From positions 167,109 through 231,108 of the IMG/VR virus record IMGVR_UViG_3300029911_000001: a stretch of DNA of 64,000 nt. The stretch is one strand, 5' to 3'. The notes below the pieces were generated by a model, which was not told the DNA's origin, searched no databases, and was given only the letters and a program-made list of their open reading frames with translations. A program made the position numbers and the translations under genes. Numbering within the stretch: the stretch's first letter is position 1; every line of letters starts with the position of its first letter. Of the stretch, positions 1-9,855 are shown in pieces.

Positions 1-1
1 A

Positions 2-184
2 GCCTACCTGCTCCCGGCGAAGGATGCGGTCAACAACGAGCGTATCGCAAACGGCATCGCAGAGGTCTTCCTCGCCAAGCATGTTCGGGCGACTGGATCA
101 TTGGTTCTCGACAGCGCGGTATCTACCGGTAACCCCCGTCAGTTGTCGGTCGGTGCCGGTGTTGGGCTGAAGTTTGTTCTGTAA
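2..184 (+). CDS. 3' end of a partial CDS (possible beta-strand membrane protein C-terminus)
   Basis: Open frame from base 2 with phage-like codon usage, ending ...SVGAGVGLKFVL-TAA, followed by a terminator. Confidence 0.55.
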   Translation, partial: AYLLPAKDAVNNERIANGIAEVFLAKHVRATGSLVLDSAVSTGNPRQLSVGAGVGLKFVL

Positions 185-214
185 CTAGAAGACCAGAAAT
201 ACATATCGTGGTTG

Positions 215-248
215 AAACGCTCACCCTTCGGGGTGAGCGTTTTGTTTT
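215..248 (+). terminator. Intrinsic terminator
   Basis: Stem AAACGCTCACCC-TTCG-GGGTGAGCGTTT followed by TGTTTT. Confidence 0.85.
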
Positions 249-314
249 GCCATAAATACTGATGAAATCTCACTATCAAACTAATGGTATAAGCAGTCTT
301 TTTGAGGGATTAGA

Positions 315-647
315 ATGGCAAATTCGCGTGTAGGTCGGGAACTATTGGTAGCTCGGGTGCAAAAGACCCTTAACTTATCAACCAAGAAAGAAGCGGAGGA
401 GTTACTTAAGAAGATCATCGTCTGCATTGAAGAGACCTTGATTGACAACCTCGACAACGATAAGTTCTCCATGAAACTAAATAGCTTCGGCAAGTTTAGC
501 ATTCATCATAAACCCGGCATTCTGAGAAATATCCCCTTTACGGGGGAGACAAAGATGACCGAGGACAAACGTAAGGTACGATTTGTGGCACTGGGGAACC
601 TTCGTAGATTAGAGAGGAAAGAGGGTGCCCGGAGTACCTCAGCATAG
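315..647 (+). CDS. HU/IHF-family DNA-binding protein
   Basis: 110 aa; KKEAEELL helix, LNSFGKFSI, RNIPFTGE arm, KVRF match the HU/IHF fold. Confidence 0.85.
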   Translation: MANSRVGRELLVARVQKTLNLSTKKEAEELLKKIIVCIEETLIDNLDNDKFSMKLNSFGKFSIHHKPGILRNIPFTGETKMTEDKRKVRFVALGNLRRLERKEGARSTSA

Positions 648-780
648 GTTGGGCTATACAAAGAAATGTTTTAAGTATGCGGTTCAAACTGTGCTTTACG
701 ACAGTATTAAAACCGTAGAGCAGTAAAGACACTCGCAAATAATAAACTAATCCACTCGAAACGAAAGGTATCACAGTCAT

Positions 781-1608
781 ATGGCAAAGTTTGATGATGA
801 ACTGGATGTACTTCCTACGTCGAAGCCCACTTCGACCGCCTCCACCGCAGCAGCAACCACCGCCGTCGAAGTTGAAGACGATGGTGAGATTGCAACTCCT
901 ACACCGGCAGCAAAGGCTCAGCACGTTGTGACTGAAACCGATGATGTCGTACAGAGCGTCAAGTTCGGCGACTCGAAGATTATGGCGAAGGGCGACGGGC
1001 TCAATCGCATTCGTGCAGAGAAGGGCAAGGTTGTTCGCTTCGCTCTCCTCAACTTCATCGACCCGTATTCGGCGAAGTCTCACTTCGTTGACACCAAGGA
1101 TAAGAAGGGTACGTTCCTCTGCCTCCCGGCGAAGAAGGATGAGATTCCCTACTGCTGCACCAAGATGGAAGAAGAGGGTATGCTCCACGTTGTCGCCCTC
1201 GCTGTCTTGTACACCAACGCAGACCAGAAGACTGGCAAGTACACCATCGCCGGTCAGCCGATTGAATGGGAAGTCGGTTACGTTGACCTCTCCCGTTCGA
1301 ACTACCGCTCCGTGTCCAATCTCGCACCCGAGGATTCTTCGGTGTTCGACATTGACCTTGTGATGAGCAAGAAGGACAACGGCATCGGCTACGAGTTCGT
1401 GCTCTGCGCGACCAAGGCGAAGTGGAAGCTGAACCCCGCTCTCGCTGAGGAAGTGGAAGAAGCGGCCAAGAAGTACGTCAATGACGGCGGCAAGAAGCTG
1501 AAGAACAAGCTCGGTCGTAGCATCACTCTGAACGAGTGGAAGCTGATGCTTGCTGGTCAGGCCAAGTCCGGCGCGGAAGCCTCTTTGGATGACATCGAGG
1601 ACCTGTAG
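781..1608 (+). CDS. Putative single-stranded DNA-binding protein
   Basis: 275 aa, acidic C-terminal tail (SLDDIEDL), strongly biased codon usage, own terminator, replication context. Confidence 0.55.
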   Translation: MAKFDDELDVLPTSKPTSTASTAAATTAVEVEDDGEIATPTPAAKAQHVVTETDDVVQSVKFGDSKIMAKGDGLNRIRAEKGKVVRFALLNFIDPYSAKSHFVDTKDKKGTFLCLPAKKDEIPYCCTKMEEEGMLHVVALAVLYTNADQKTGKYTIAGQPIEWEVGYVDLSRSNYRSVSNLAPEDSSVFDIDLVMSKKDNGIGYEFVLCATKAKWKLNPALAEEVEEAAKKYVNDGGKKLKNKLGRSITLNEWKLMLAGQAKSGAEASLDDIEDL

Positions 1609-1636
1609 TCCCTAAACCTTTTCAACTAACACAGAG

Positions 1637-1660
1637 GGGGAGCCGTTTGGCTCCCCTTTT
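1637..1660 (+). terminator. Intrinsic terminator
   Basis: GGGGAGCC-GTTT-GGCTCCCC-TTTT. Confidence 0.85.
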
Positions 1661-1687
1661 GCTATACTCTGTAACTGGAGGCTTCAA

Positions 1688-2215
1688 ATGGAATGGCCTA
1701 AGAATCTACCAGAGTGGGACAAGGCGAACCCCGAGTACGCTCCCAAGCAATACTCCCCATCATCCCGGCCTATGGCGTACCCCGGTGTAGCCATCGGGGT
1801 TATCGTACTCAGTGAAGAGGGATTGGTGCTGCTCGGCAAGCGTAAGGGTGAGCTTGGAACAGGCATGTACTCTCTACCCGGTGGCAAGGTAGACTACGGC
1901 GAGACGCCCATTGCAGCCGCCCTTCGTGAAGTCAGGGAAGAGACCCATCTTGAATTGAAGGACGTACGCTTCACGGGCTTTGTCACCAATGACTACTTCC
2001 CGGAGCAGGGTAAACAATACCTCTGCATGTACTACATGGCGACCGTTGTTGATGAGGGCGACTTGGAGGTTCTGGAGCCCACCAAGGTTGAGTCGTGGGA
2101 CTGGTACTACCCTGATGGACTGCCCCGTCCGATGTGGGCAAACACGGGCAACTTGATTGCGACACTGTGTCGCGGGGACAGGTTTGAAAACCCCGATATT
2201 GGTGAAACTATTTAG
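1688..2215 (+). CDS. Nudix hydrolase
   Basis: Nudix box GGKVDYGETPIAAALREVREETHL. Confidence 0.92.
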   Translation: MEWPKNLPEWDKANPEYAPKQYSPSSRPMAYPGVAIGVIVLSEEGLVLLGKRKGELGTGMYSLPGGKVDYGETPIAAALREVREETHLELKDVRFTGFVTNDYFPEQGKQYLCMYYMATVVDEGDLEVLEPTKVESWDWYYPDGLPRPMWANTGNLIATLCRGDRFENPDIGETI

Positions 2216-2288
2216 TAGAGTAGAACGACAACCGACATTGAATAACTATGAGCCCCCTATGTAATAGGGGGTTTAAAGGAGGACGACC

Positions 2289-3038
2289 TTGATAATTTGT
2301 GGGCTGGATTTTGAGACTACTGGGATTCAACCCACTGCCTCCGTTACAGAGGTGGGGCTCGTACTATGGGATACTTCAATATTGGCCCCTGTGAGGATGG
2401 CAGGGTACCTTGTTGACCCCGGTGAAGGGGCTGTATGGGAGCCAGAAACTCAAGAAATTAACAAAATCAACCCCAGCCTTTGTGCGGAGTATGGGACTGA
2501 AAGTCTACGTGCGCTTAAACAGACACTCCTTTGGATTCAACAGGCTGATGTAGTTTGTGCTCACAATGGACGCAACTTTGACAGACTGGTGCTTAAACGG
2601 TGGGCGGAGAAGTATGGACTTGATTGGTTTCCAGACAAGCTGTGGATAGATACCACACAGGATTTGGAAGTCACAGCCCATAGCAGTAAGCGGCTCAACT
2701 ACATGGCAGCGGATAATGGACTTTTGAACCCATTTCCTCACCGCGCCTTATTCGACGTGATGACCATGCTCAAAATTCTTGGGTTCTATCCTCTGGATAA
2801 AGTTATCGAGGCCGCGAGGACTCCCAACATCGCGGTGAAGATTGTCCACGTCCCCTTTGAGAAGAAGGACTGGCCTAAGGCCCACGGGTTTCATGCTTAC
2901 TACGACAAGAAGAAGGACAAGTTCCAGTTTTGGGTGAAGGTGTTCAAGGAGAATAAGTTCGAGGAAGAGTTTGAAGAGGTAAAGGAAGCAGGTTTCGTGC
3001 TGGAGAAGCTACCGGCGATACCTGAAGGCGTCTACTAG
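2289..3038 (+). CDS. DEDDh 3'-5' exonuclease (DNA pol III epsilon-like)
   Basis: LDFETTG, AHNGRNFD, HRALFD motifs. Confidence 0.88.
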   Translation: MIICGLDFETTGIQPTASVTEVGLVLWDTSILAPVRMAGYLVDPGEGAVWEPETQEINKINPSLCAEYGTESLRALKQTLLWIQQADVVCAHNGRNFDRLVLKRWAEKYGLDWFPDKLWIDTTQDLEVTAHSSKRLNYMAADNGLLNPFPHRALFDVMTMLKILGFYPLDKVIEAARTPNIAVKIVHVPFEKKDWPKAHGFHAYYDKKKDKFQFWVKVFKENKFEEEFEEVKEAGFVLEKLPAIPEGVY

Positions 3039-3293
3039 ATGACCCTCTTGTTCTTACTCTACTTTGCCCTCTCCTACCCTAACTCCCCACCTACAATTGC
3101 GGTGGACTCCATCGGCATTGATGGCATGACTGCCAAGGTTTCAATTCTAGGTGGTTGCTACGACATGCCCGAAGACCGCAAGGTGTTTATGGGGGATAAC
3201 GGACTGGCCGCTGTGGGAAGTGACTGCTCCGAGGCTTTCACTCTATGGGAGAGTTTACCTGTTCCCAAGCTGTCTCCAATGTACAAAATCTGA
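3039..3293 (+). CDS. Hypothetical protein with hydrophobic N-terminus
   Basis: 84 aa ORF abutting the upstream stop. Confidence 0.55.
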   Translation: MTLLFLLYFALSYPNSPPTIAVDSIGIDGMTAKVSILGGCYDMPEDRKVFMGDNGLAAVGSDCSEAFTLWESLPVPKLSPMYKI

Positions 3294-3307
3294 GTATTAC
3301 ACTGTAG

Positions 3308-4195
3308 ATGGCAAAGAACAAAAAAGCAGTAGTTCTCAAAGTACCCGCCCCACTTCCAGAAGTGAAGCAGTGGCTTATCCTTGGCCTCGACCCTTCTATG
3401 AGTCGAACCGGATACGCTCTCATGCGGGTTCGCCGCAAGTTAGAAGATGACGACCCCGGCACCCGAGCTACTTGGCTGTCAGCCGGTTCTGTGAAGCCTG
3501 AAGTAGCCTCCGAGCCCATCTGGCTCCGGGGTAAGATGATGGCCCTCCACCTACGCAACATAGTGGAAGATGCCTCCGCTCAAATCCTGAGCACCGACCC
3601 CACAGCTTGGAACCTGACCCTACGCCCGGAGGCGTTCTGGACAGATGAGAAGAAGGAACCGTCCTTGGGCCTCATCATCAGCATGGAATACCCGACGCCG
3701 ATGAACGACTTCCTCGTGGCGTTGAACCGGATTATCCATCTAGTTTTCTTCGAAACCGATTTGTGGCAGAGGTTTGCCACAGTTCGGGTACTAACTACCA
3801 ATGCGGCTACGCTCAGGTCGTTGATGGGTCTTACTAAAACAGGAGCGAAAAACAAGGGCGAGAACATTGCACGCGCCTACGATTTCATTGACAAAACTGC
3901 ATACCCCAAACTAGATACCGATGCTTGCGATGCTGTGTTGTTAGGTATGATGGCTCGGCACACGGCTTCTATCTTAATGGGGCACGTTGATGAAGTCCCA
4001 GATAAGCATCTTTTGTCCTTATGCAACGCTGCTCAGGAAGTGAAGGGTAAAGGAACCCGTTCCAGAATCATCACTAAGGGGTTACTACATCGTAAGGAGT
4101 ATTTTTACGATTATGTAAAAAACAACTACGTACTCTTAGTTAGAGACGCCAGTAAGGCGTCACAAAGGTGTACGAAGCATGAGTATCAGTTGTAA
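3308..4195 (+). CDS. RuvC-like Holliday junction resolvase
   Basis: ILGLDPSMSRTGYA, SMEYP, DACDAVLL catalytic motifs, with insertions. Confidence 0.78.
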   Translation: MAKNKKAVVLKVPAPLPEVKQWLILGLDPSMSRTGYALMRVRRKLEDDDPGTRATWLSAGSVKPEVASEPIWLRGKMMALHLRNIVEDASAQILSTDPTAWNLTLRPEAFWTDEKKEPSLGLIISMEYPTPMNDFLVALNRIIHLVFFETDLWQRFATVRVLTTNAATLRSLMGLTKTGAKNKGENIARAYDFIDKTAYPKLDTDACDAVLLGMMARHTASILMGHVDEVPDKHLLSLCNAAQEVKGKGTRSRIITKGLLHRKEYFYDYVKNNYVLLVRDASKASQRCTKHEYQL

Positions 4196-4772
4196 CCCGC
4201 GTTCGGATTTAGTGTCCCTTGTTGGTAAACGTTATGGGTATCTGGTAGTTGAATCCTATGCTGGAAGTAAGCGGTGGTATTGTGTCTGCGATTGCGGCAA
4301 TAAGAAAACGGTAAGCTCCGGGAACCTTAGACTCAGTGAACGGTTGAATCGAAAATCGTCCTGCGGATGTTTGTGGGGGTATAAGAACCCAGCTAATCGA
4401 AACCGTAGAGTCGTATCTAATGACGAAGCTGCTATTCATTCTATTTGGCTAGAACATCGTCGTAGAGCCCATAAGATAAATGAGGCGTCGGCTCCTTGGA
4501 ATATACCTGAACCTCTATTTACCTCACTTATCACATCCCCTTGTAGGTACTGTGGCGAGATAGGCAGTAACACGCACATTCACACATATAGAAAGGTTGG
4601 AGACACAGGGGAGTTTAGGTATAACGGCCTAGATCGCAGTAACCCCCAAAAAGGGTACACATTGGATAATGTCATCCCGTGTTGTTGGCAGTGCAATAAG
4701 ACTAAAGGCAAGTTGTCTCATGATGATTTCATCAGATACATATGTCGAGTAACTCAACATCTTGGTATTTAG
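4179..4772 (+). CDS. HNH homing-type endonuclease
   Basis: WYCVCDCG N-terminal domain; CRYCG...NGLDR...YTLDNVIPCCWQCNKTKG; AT-richer than flanks. Confidence 0.85.
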   Translation: MSISCNPRSDLVSLVGKRYGYLVVESYAGSKRWYCVCDCGNKKTVSSGNLRLSERLNRKSSCGCLWGYKNPANRNRRVVSNDEAAIHSIWLEHRRRAHKINEASAPWNIPEPLFTSLITSPCRYCGEIGSNTHIHTYRKVGDTGEFRYNGLDRSNPQKGYTLDNVIPCCWQCNKTKGKLSHDDFIRYICRVTQHLGI

Positions 4773-4824
4773 TGTGTAGTACCCCTACACTCCATGACAA
4801 TAGGTCGAAGAGAGTGAAACAGGG

Positions 4825-6108
4825 TTGGAGGAAAACGCTATGGCTCCCAAGAAGACGGCCACCAAGGCCGCTGCTTCATCCGTACCGTCAGGTCACCCAC
4901 GCAACTGGACACCTGAACAACGCCGGAATGCTTTCAATGCTTCGCGCAAAGAACAGACCGCCAACTACCAAATCCTTGAGTCGGATTTCAAAGAGACTCT
5001 CATCCCCTACAACCACATCGTCCTTGACCATGTTCTCGGTCTCAAGGGTATCGCTCGTCACGGTTCCGTTACTCAGTTCCACGGTGATGAAGGTGCGGGT
5101 AAGACCTCAACCGCTCTGTGCTCTGCTGGTGCCTATCAGAAGAACACAGGTGAGCCGGTAGCCGTGTTCGATTACGAAGGTTCCTCAAGCCCCGCGTTCT
5201 GCGAGTCTTGCGGCATCGACCCCAAGCTCCTCTTCTTCATGCAGCCAGCGTCCATTCAGGATGCCATCATTGAGCACGTTCGCTTGATGGATGAAGTCGG
5301 CGTGCGTCTCTTCGTCAACGACTCGATTCCGTTCATGGACTCGAAGATTGAAAAGAAGCTCATCTACAACAAGAAGGCGTTCAAGGGCAACTACGGCTCC
5401 CATGCCAAGACCATCAGCACCTTCTACAAGATGCTCCGCCCCTACACGCAGGAATTCGATGCATCTCTCATCATGATTAACCAGACCCGCGACCGTATTG
5501 ACGACAGCACGGAAGCAAGCTGGGCTAACAAGTACAGCTACACCAACCGCATCTACACGCTGCCGGGTGGACGTATGGCACGCTTCGCTCCGTCCGTCAT
5601 GGTGGAGTTGACGCTGGAGAAGGCTCTCGCTCCCAAGGCCATCGCTGACATGGAGACGGATGAAATCTTCATCCTCGACGTGTGTGAACCGGGACAGAAG
5701 CTCGACCCGACGATGAACCTTGTGCGTGCTCGTACGCTCAAGAACAAGCCCACGGGTGCTGGCTTCCGCAAGGCAGACATCTACATCCGTCCGGGACATG
5801 GCTGGGATGACACGGTTAGCGTGCTGGCTCTTGCTCGTACGTTGAAGTTCATCACCAACTCTGGTGCCAAGTGGTCTATTGGTGCTCCGGGTGAGGCATT
5901 CGCTACCTACGCCAACAAGGCGGAGGCCATCGAGAACCTCGTCATCAAGCGTGATATGGAAGTTATCGATAAGCTCCGCTCTCTGGTCGTCTCTTCTCTG
6001 GCCGGTAACGAGTCGCTGTTCGCCGCTGAGGTCAGCAAGGAAGAAGTTGATTTCCTTGACGAGTCCAAGGCAGCAACCACCAGCGTTGACTTCGAAGACG
6101 AGGACTAA
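4825..6108 (+). CDS. recA: RecA/UvsX-family recombinase
   Basis: Walker A GDEGAGKTS, VNDSIP, IMINQTR, PGGR motifs. Confidence 0.9.
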   Translation: MEENAMAPKKTATKAAASSVPSGHPRNWTPEQRRNAFNASRKEQTANYQILESDFKETLIPYNHIVLDHVLGLKGIARHGSVTQFHGDEGAGKTSTALCSAGAYQKNTGEPVAVFDYEGSSSPAFCESCGIDPKLLFFMQPASIQDAIIEHVRLMDEVGVRLFVNDSIPFMDSKIEKKLIYNKKAFKGNYGSHAKTISTFYKMLRPYTQEFDASLIMINQTRDRIDDSTEASWANKYSYTNRIYTLPGGRMARFAPSVMVELTLEKALAPKAIADMETDEIFILDVCEPGQKLDPTMNLVRARTLKNKPTGAGFRKADIYIRPGHGWDDTVSVLALARTLKFITNSGAKWSIGAPGEAFATYANKAEAIENLVIKRDMEVIDKLRSLVVSSLAGNESLFAAEVSKEEVDFLDESKAATTSVDFEDED

Positions 6109-6135
6109 CTGAGCTAAAAACATCCAAGGGGTTGT

Positions 6136-7458
6136 ATGCGTCTTAGTTGTAAAAACTTTCAATGTTGGTCAGATGTTTCCTTAGACATTGAGGGGTTGGC
6201 CGTACTGGTCGGCCCCTCAAACCATGGCAAGTCCTCACTGTTCCGTTCTCTCAAGGGGGTGTTGCGAAATGACATCCCTGATGAGTATGTGCGTAATGGA
6301 CAGGAGGAGCCGCTCAAGGTCGAACTGGAACTCGATGGTCTCAACATCAAGGCCACTCGCAAACGCAAGGGCTCGACCAAATATGTTCTAACTCCCCTCC
6401 CACACAAGTTCCACATTGGAGACGACACTAAGGTTCTCTACGACAGCGAAGCTGAAGCCACCGCTGCGGCTGAACTGCTCACACCCAAAGGGAAGGTCAA
6501 CCTATACCAGAATAAGTACAGTAGTCTCGGAGGTAAAGTCCCTGACGAGGTAGCCAAGCTGGGCTTTGGCGAAGTGAAGATTGGAGAGTACCTTATTGAC
6601 CCTATCTTCTCCGGCCAGAACAAAGCACAGTTCCTCATCGACCCCGACCGGTGGAAGCCTAGCGAGATAAATGCGGTTCTTGGGGCCTTCAGTAGCACTG
6701 AGAAGTTGGACACCGGAAAGAAGGAAGCCAACCTCCGCATCACTCAGAGGAAGAGTGAGGCAAGTACACTCGCAACTGAGATTCGTTCCGCAGAGGAACG
6801 CAGCGCGAAGCTGTTGGGGATTACCGGTGAGGTTACGCTCATTGCAGAGGTCGTGAACCAGCTAGAGATGGCTATACGTCGGGACGAGGGGTTGGTAGGT
6901 CAGTTAGGTGCCACTCTCAGGCATCAAGCCCGTCTGGAGCCCCTACAGGGCTTCCTAGATGCCTTGTCGTTACCAAACCTAACCGAGATTGAGGCTATGA
7001 CTCAGTTGGTGGTTAATCTGGGGAACGCCGGGGACGCCTTGTCTACCTCCCGGTTCATCACTCGACTGGTAAATAGTTTGGATAGCATCTCCGACATATG
7101 GGCAGAGATTGGACTAAATCTCAAGCAGAGCAACGGGCTGGCTGAGATTACTGTGGAGAAGAAGTACAGTCCTGAAGCCCTCGACGTGGCGGTGCTGGGA
7201 GTTCTCAACAAAGTTGAGGAACAATTCAATGAAGTGAAATCCCTCGCCAGCAGTATTCAATACATGAAGGTCGCTATAGTTGCAGCCAAATCCTACGAGA
7301 ACCTTACTGTGGGGTTACCTGAGTATGAAGCGCACATAGGGATAGCCGATAGCGAGGTTGAAACCATCCGACAGGAACTCGCTGAAGAAGCAGCAGCCGA
7401 AGCAGCCAAAGGCTTGTGCCCAAAGTGTGGGCACGGATTGGAACACGTATGTCAGTAG
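6136..7458 (+). CDS. SbcC/Rad50-like ATPase, N-terminal half
   Basis: NFQ start, Walker A GPSNHGKSS, Q-loop-like GQ, coiled coil, ends in CPKCG; no Walker B or signature motif. Confidence 0.82.
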   Translation: MRLSCKNFQCWSDVSLDIEGLAVLVGPSNHGKSSLFRSLKGVLRNDIPDEYVRNGQEEPLKVELELDGLNIKATRKRKGSTKYVLTPLPHKFHIGDDTKVLYDSEAEATAAAELLTPKGKVNLYQNKYSSLGGKVPDEVAKLGFGEVKIGEYLIDPIFSGQNKAQFLIDPDRWKPSEINAVLGAFSSTEKLDTGKKEANLRITQRKSEASTLATEIRSAEERSAKLLGITGEVTLIAEVVNQLEMAIRRDEGLVGQLGATLRHQARLEPLQGFLDALSLPNLTEIEAMTQLVVNLGNAGDALSTSRFITRLVNSLDSISDIWAEIGLNLKQSNGLAEITVEKKYSPEALDVAVLGVLNKVEEQFNEVKSLASSIQYMKVAIVAAKSYENLTVGLPEYEAHIGIADSEVETIRQELAEEAAAEAAKGLCPKCGHGLEHVCQ

Positions 7459-7643
7459 AACTTTTCGTTCAAACTCGTGATGGGGACTATAACTTCCACC
7501 TTGAGTTGGAAGACAAGATGGCTGCGTACAAGGTCATCGAGTTGATTAGGGAAACTCAAGGCTATTGGTACGGTGGAATGGTGGAATTCAAGGCCAGCCC
7601 TCAACTTATCGTGCCCGGTGGAAGTCCACACCCGAATGTGTAA
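7449..7643 (+). CDS. Hypothetical protein
   Basis: Coupled ORF starting MSVELF. Confidence 0.55.
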   Translation: MSVELFVQTRDGDYNFHLELEDKMAAYKVIELIRETQGYWYGGMVEFKASPQLIVPGGSPHPNV

Positions 7644-7686
7644 TTTTTATTCCCTATCACAGAATTAACCGCATGGAGATTCGGTA

Positions 7687-7986
7687 ATGGCAGAACTAAC
7701 CACACAGGAACGGCTCAAGCAAGCACAGGCAAAGGTGCGGTCACTAACCTCAGCCCGAGAGAAGATTATCGGGGACGCTCGTGTTGAAGAGCAGAAGTTG
7801 AAGCAAGCCTACGCCGCCCTCAAGGAACTCGGCATCGATAATCCTGAGGATATGAGTATCAAAGAGCTAAGAGCCTTAGAGGAAGCATCAAGGGCAAAGC
7901 TTGAAGAGTTGCTCGTTGCCATCGAAGAACAGTTGGTAGCGGGTGAAGATTTGATGAAGAAATACAACGCCGTACAGGAGAACTAA
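7687..7986 (+). CDS. Coiled-coil hypothetical protein
   Basis: 99 aa, heptad-like, SD GGAG upstream. Confidence 0.7.
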   Translation: MAELTTQERLKQAQAKVRSLTSAREKIIGDARVEEQKLKQAYAALKELGIDNPEDMSIKELRALEEASRAKLEELLVAIEEQLVAGEDLMKKYNAVQEN

Positions 7987-7990
7987 CCCT

Positions 7991-8578
7991 ATGGAATTCG
8001 CGCAGATTACTTACACCAAGACTGTCGAAGGTAACTTCGAAGTCTCGCTCATCAACAAGAACACCGTCATCGCCAAAATCCCATTCCCGACCGAGACCCT
8101 CGCCAAGGAATACGTTGACTTGAAGACCAAGCTCAAGGCCAGCACGGACGCCCTCATCGCTGAAGTCACTGCCAACCTCAAGAAGGCTGAAGCAGCCAAG
8201 GTTGAAGCAGCCAAGGTTGAAGCAGCCAAGGTTGACCCGGCTGTGGAAGAGGCTGCTTTTAAGGCTAAGGCCGACGTTGCCGCCGCTAGGGCCAAGGCTG
8301 AAGCTGTCGCCAAGGTTGAAGCAGAGGCCAAGAAGGTCGCAACCGCTGTTGAGGACGAAGCCAAGGTAATCGGCGGCGATGTCAAGGCCGACTTCAAGGC
8401 AGAGGAAGACAAGGTTGAGTCCTTCGTCGCCAACATCAAGGCCAAGGTTGAGAAGCAGCCGACCATCGACACGTCCGCCAAGGTGGCTAAGGAAGGCACC
8501 CCGTGGCAGGAGACTGCCAAGGCTCAGGTTGGTAAGGATACCAACATCGACACGTCCGCCAAGGTTGTGGTCGAGTAA
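7991..8578 (+). CDS. Ala/Lys/Glu-rich hypothetical protein with internal repeats
   Basis: EAAKV x3 and IDTSAKV x2. Confidence 0.75.
   Translation: MEFAQITYTKTVEGNFEVSLINKNTVIAKIPFPTETLAKEYVDLKTKLKASTDALIAEVTANLKKAEAAKVEAAKVEAAKVDPAVEEAAFKAKADVAAARAKAEAVAKVEAEAKKVATAVEDEAKVIGGDVKADFKAEEDKVESFVANIKAKVEKQPTIDTSAKVAKEGTPWQETAKAQVGKDTNIDTSAKVVVE
8188..8232 (+). repeat. 15-bp tandem repeat x3 (in frame)
   Basis: TGAAGCAGCCAAGGT x3. Confidence 0.95.
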
Positions 8579-8580
8579 GC

Positions 8581-8778
8581 ATGGACGACCAACTCTATCA
8601 ACACTACAAGGGGGGAAAGTACCGTCTCATCGGTGTGGCGACACATACTGAGAACGGTGAGCCCCTTGTAGTGTATGAGTCAATTGAGCACAAATCACTA
8701 TGGGCTCGACCCGCTGCCATCTTCGAAGAATCTGTTGAAGTCGATGGTGTCAGAGTTCCAAGGTTCAGACGCATATGA
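8581..8778 (+). CDS. DUF1653-like protein
   Basis: YQHYKGGKYRLIGVATHTENGEPLVVYES...LWARP. Confidence 0.85.
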   Translation: MDDQLYQHYKGGKYRLIGVATHTENGEPLVVYESIEHKSLWARPAAIFEESVEVDGVRVPRFRRI

Positions 8779-9152
8779 CAATCAAGCTGAGAAAGAAGCC
8801 GGGGACGGAGCTGGGGAAGTTCTGGGCCTCGCTCGAACGTGCCTCTCGTGATGTTCGCAAATGGCCCGTCCGCACTTGTGAAGAGTGTGGTGGTCGTAAG
8901 GTGCAGACCTACGAAGTGGACAACGGCGGAGGCTGGGACAGGATGTATGAAGAGCAGACCTGTCGCTCGTGCAGCGGTAAGGGCACGTACGGCGGAGGCC
9001 AGCCCGGTCTCAGCCTATGGTTCCAGTCTGAAGAAGCTTGCGAAGAATTCAAAGCCAAGGTTTCCCGGATGAAGGGTATTACTTGGATAGCGGACAGCGA
9101 GAATAGCCGTACTCTCGAACAAGAGTCCGACAAGGTGTGGAAGGATGCGTAG
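8775..9152 (+). CDS. Hypothetical protein with DnaJ-type zinc finger motifs
   Basis: CEECGGRK and CRSCSGKG (CxxCxGxG-like). Confidence 0.65.
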   Translation: MTIKLRKKPGTELGKFWASLERASRDVRKWPVRTCEECGGRKVQTYEVDNGGGWDRMYEEQTCRSCSGKGTYGGGQPGLSLWFQSEEACEEFKAKVSRMKGITWIADSENSRTLEQESDKVWKDA

Positions 9153-9440
9153 ATGAAATGTCCCGCATGTGTTGAAGAAGGAAAGACCAGTAAGCTCCCG
9201 TCGCCCAGCTATTTCAGCAGCACCAGCATGGGCTTCGATGACTACTGGGATGAGGAGGGTAAGCGGCATCACCATGACCCTAACTCCTCATGGACGAACA
9301 TGACCTGCACTCAGGGTCACACCCTCTTCTATCACTTGGAGAGCCACTGCCCCAACTGCGATTTCAACAGCCACAACAAGACACGACTCAGCCTGTACAC
9401 ACCAGACAAGAAGACCCTCATCGCCACTTACAATGAGTAA
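9153..9440 (+). CDS. Cys/His-rich hypothetical protein
   Basis: CPAC, CTQGH, CPNC. Confidence 0.65.
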   Translation: MKCPACVEEGKTSKLPSPSYFSSTSMGFDDYWDEEGKRHHHDPNSSWTNMTCTQGHTLFYHLESHCPNCDFNSHNKTRLSLYTPDKKTLIATYNE

Positions 9441-9465
9441 GGCGATGAATGGGTGAGGGTAGCAA

Positions 9466-9852
9466 ATGCAGAGAGGTAGGCTCGTTTACGTCGCCAGTCC
9501 TTACTCCCATCCCGATAAGATGGTGGAGGAAATGCGTAACATCGGTGTCGCTGTTGCCACCGGTTATTTGATGAACAAGTATTTGGACAAGTCCTTCTAC
9601 TCCCCCATCTGCCACACCCACCCGATTGCAACCGTCTGCAAGCTCCCCGGTCACTGGGAGTTCTGGAAGCAGTTCGATGAGACGATGCTCTCTCGCTGCA
9701 ATGAGTGCTGGGTTCTCATGCTCGATGGCTGGCAGCAGTCCAAGGGTGTCACTGCGGAGATTGGTATCGCCGTAGAACTCGGCTTGCCGGTGAAGTATGT
9801 CAAGCCGCTGGGTGATGGTGATTACGTGGTCACGGACATACTTGCGGGGTGA
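9466..9852 (+). CDS. DUF1937 / nucleoside deoxyribosyltransferase-like protein
   Basis: VYVASPYSH, YSPICHTH, WQQSKGVTAEI. Confidence 0.78.
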   Translation: MQRGRLVYVASPYSHPDKMVEEMRNIGVAVATGYLMNKYLDKSFYSPICHTHPIATVCKLPGHWEFWKQFDETMLSRCNECWVLMLDGWQQSKGVTAEIGIAVELGLPVKYVKPLGDGDYVVTDILAG

Positions 9853-9855
9853 GCG

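Noticed and set aside
538-1363. Long antisense and alternate-frame ORFs (e.g. 538-1188, 5185-6162, 18737-19537, 31234-31977, 57722-58624)
   Set aside because: They shadow strongly codon-biased plus-strand genes and carry no motifs of their own.
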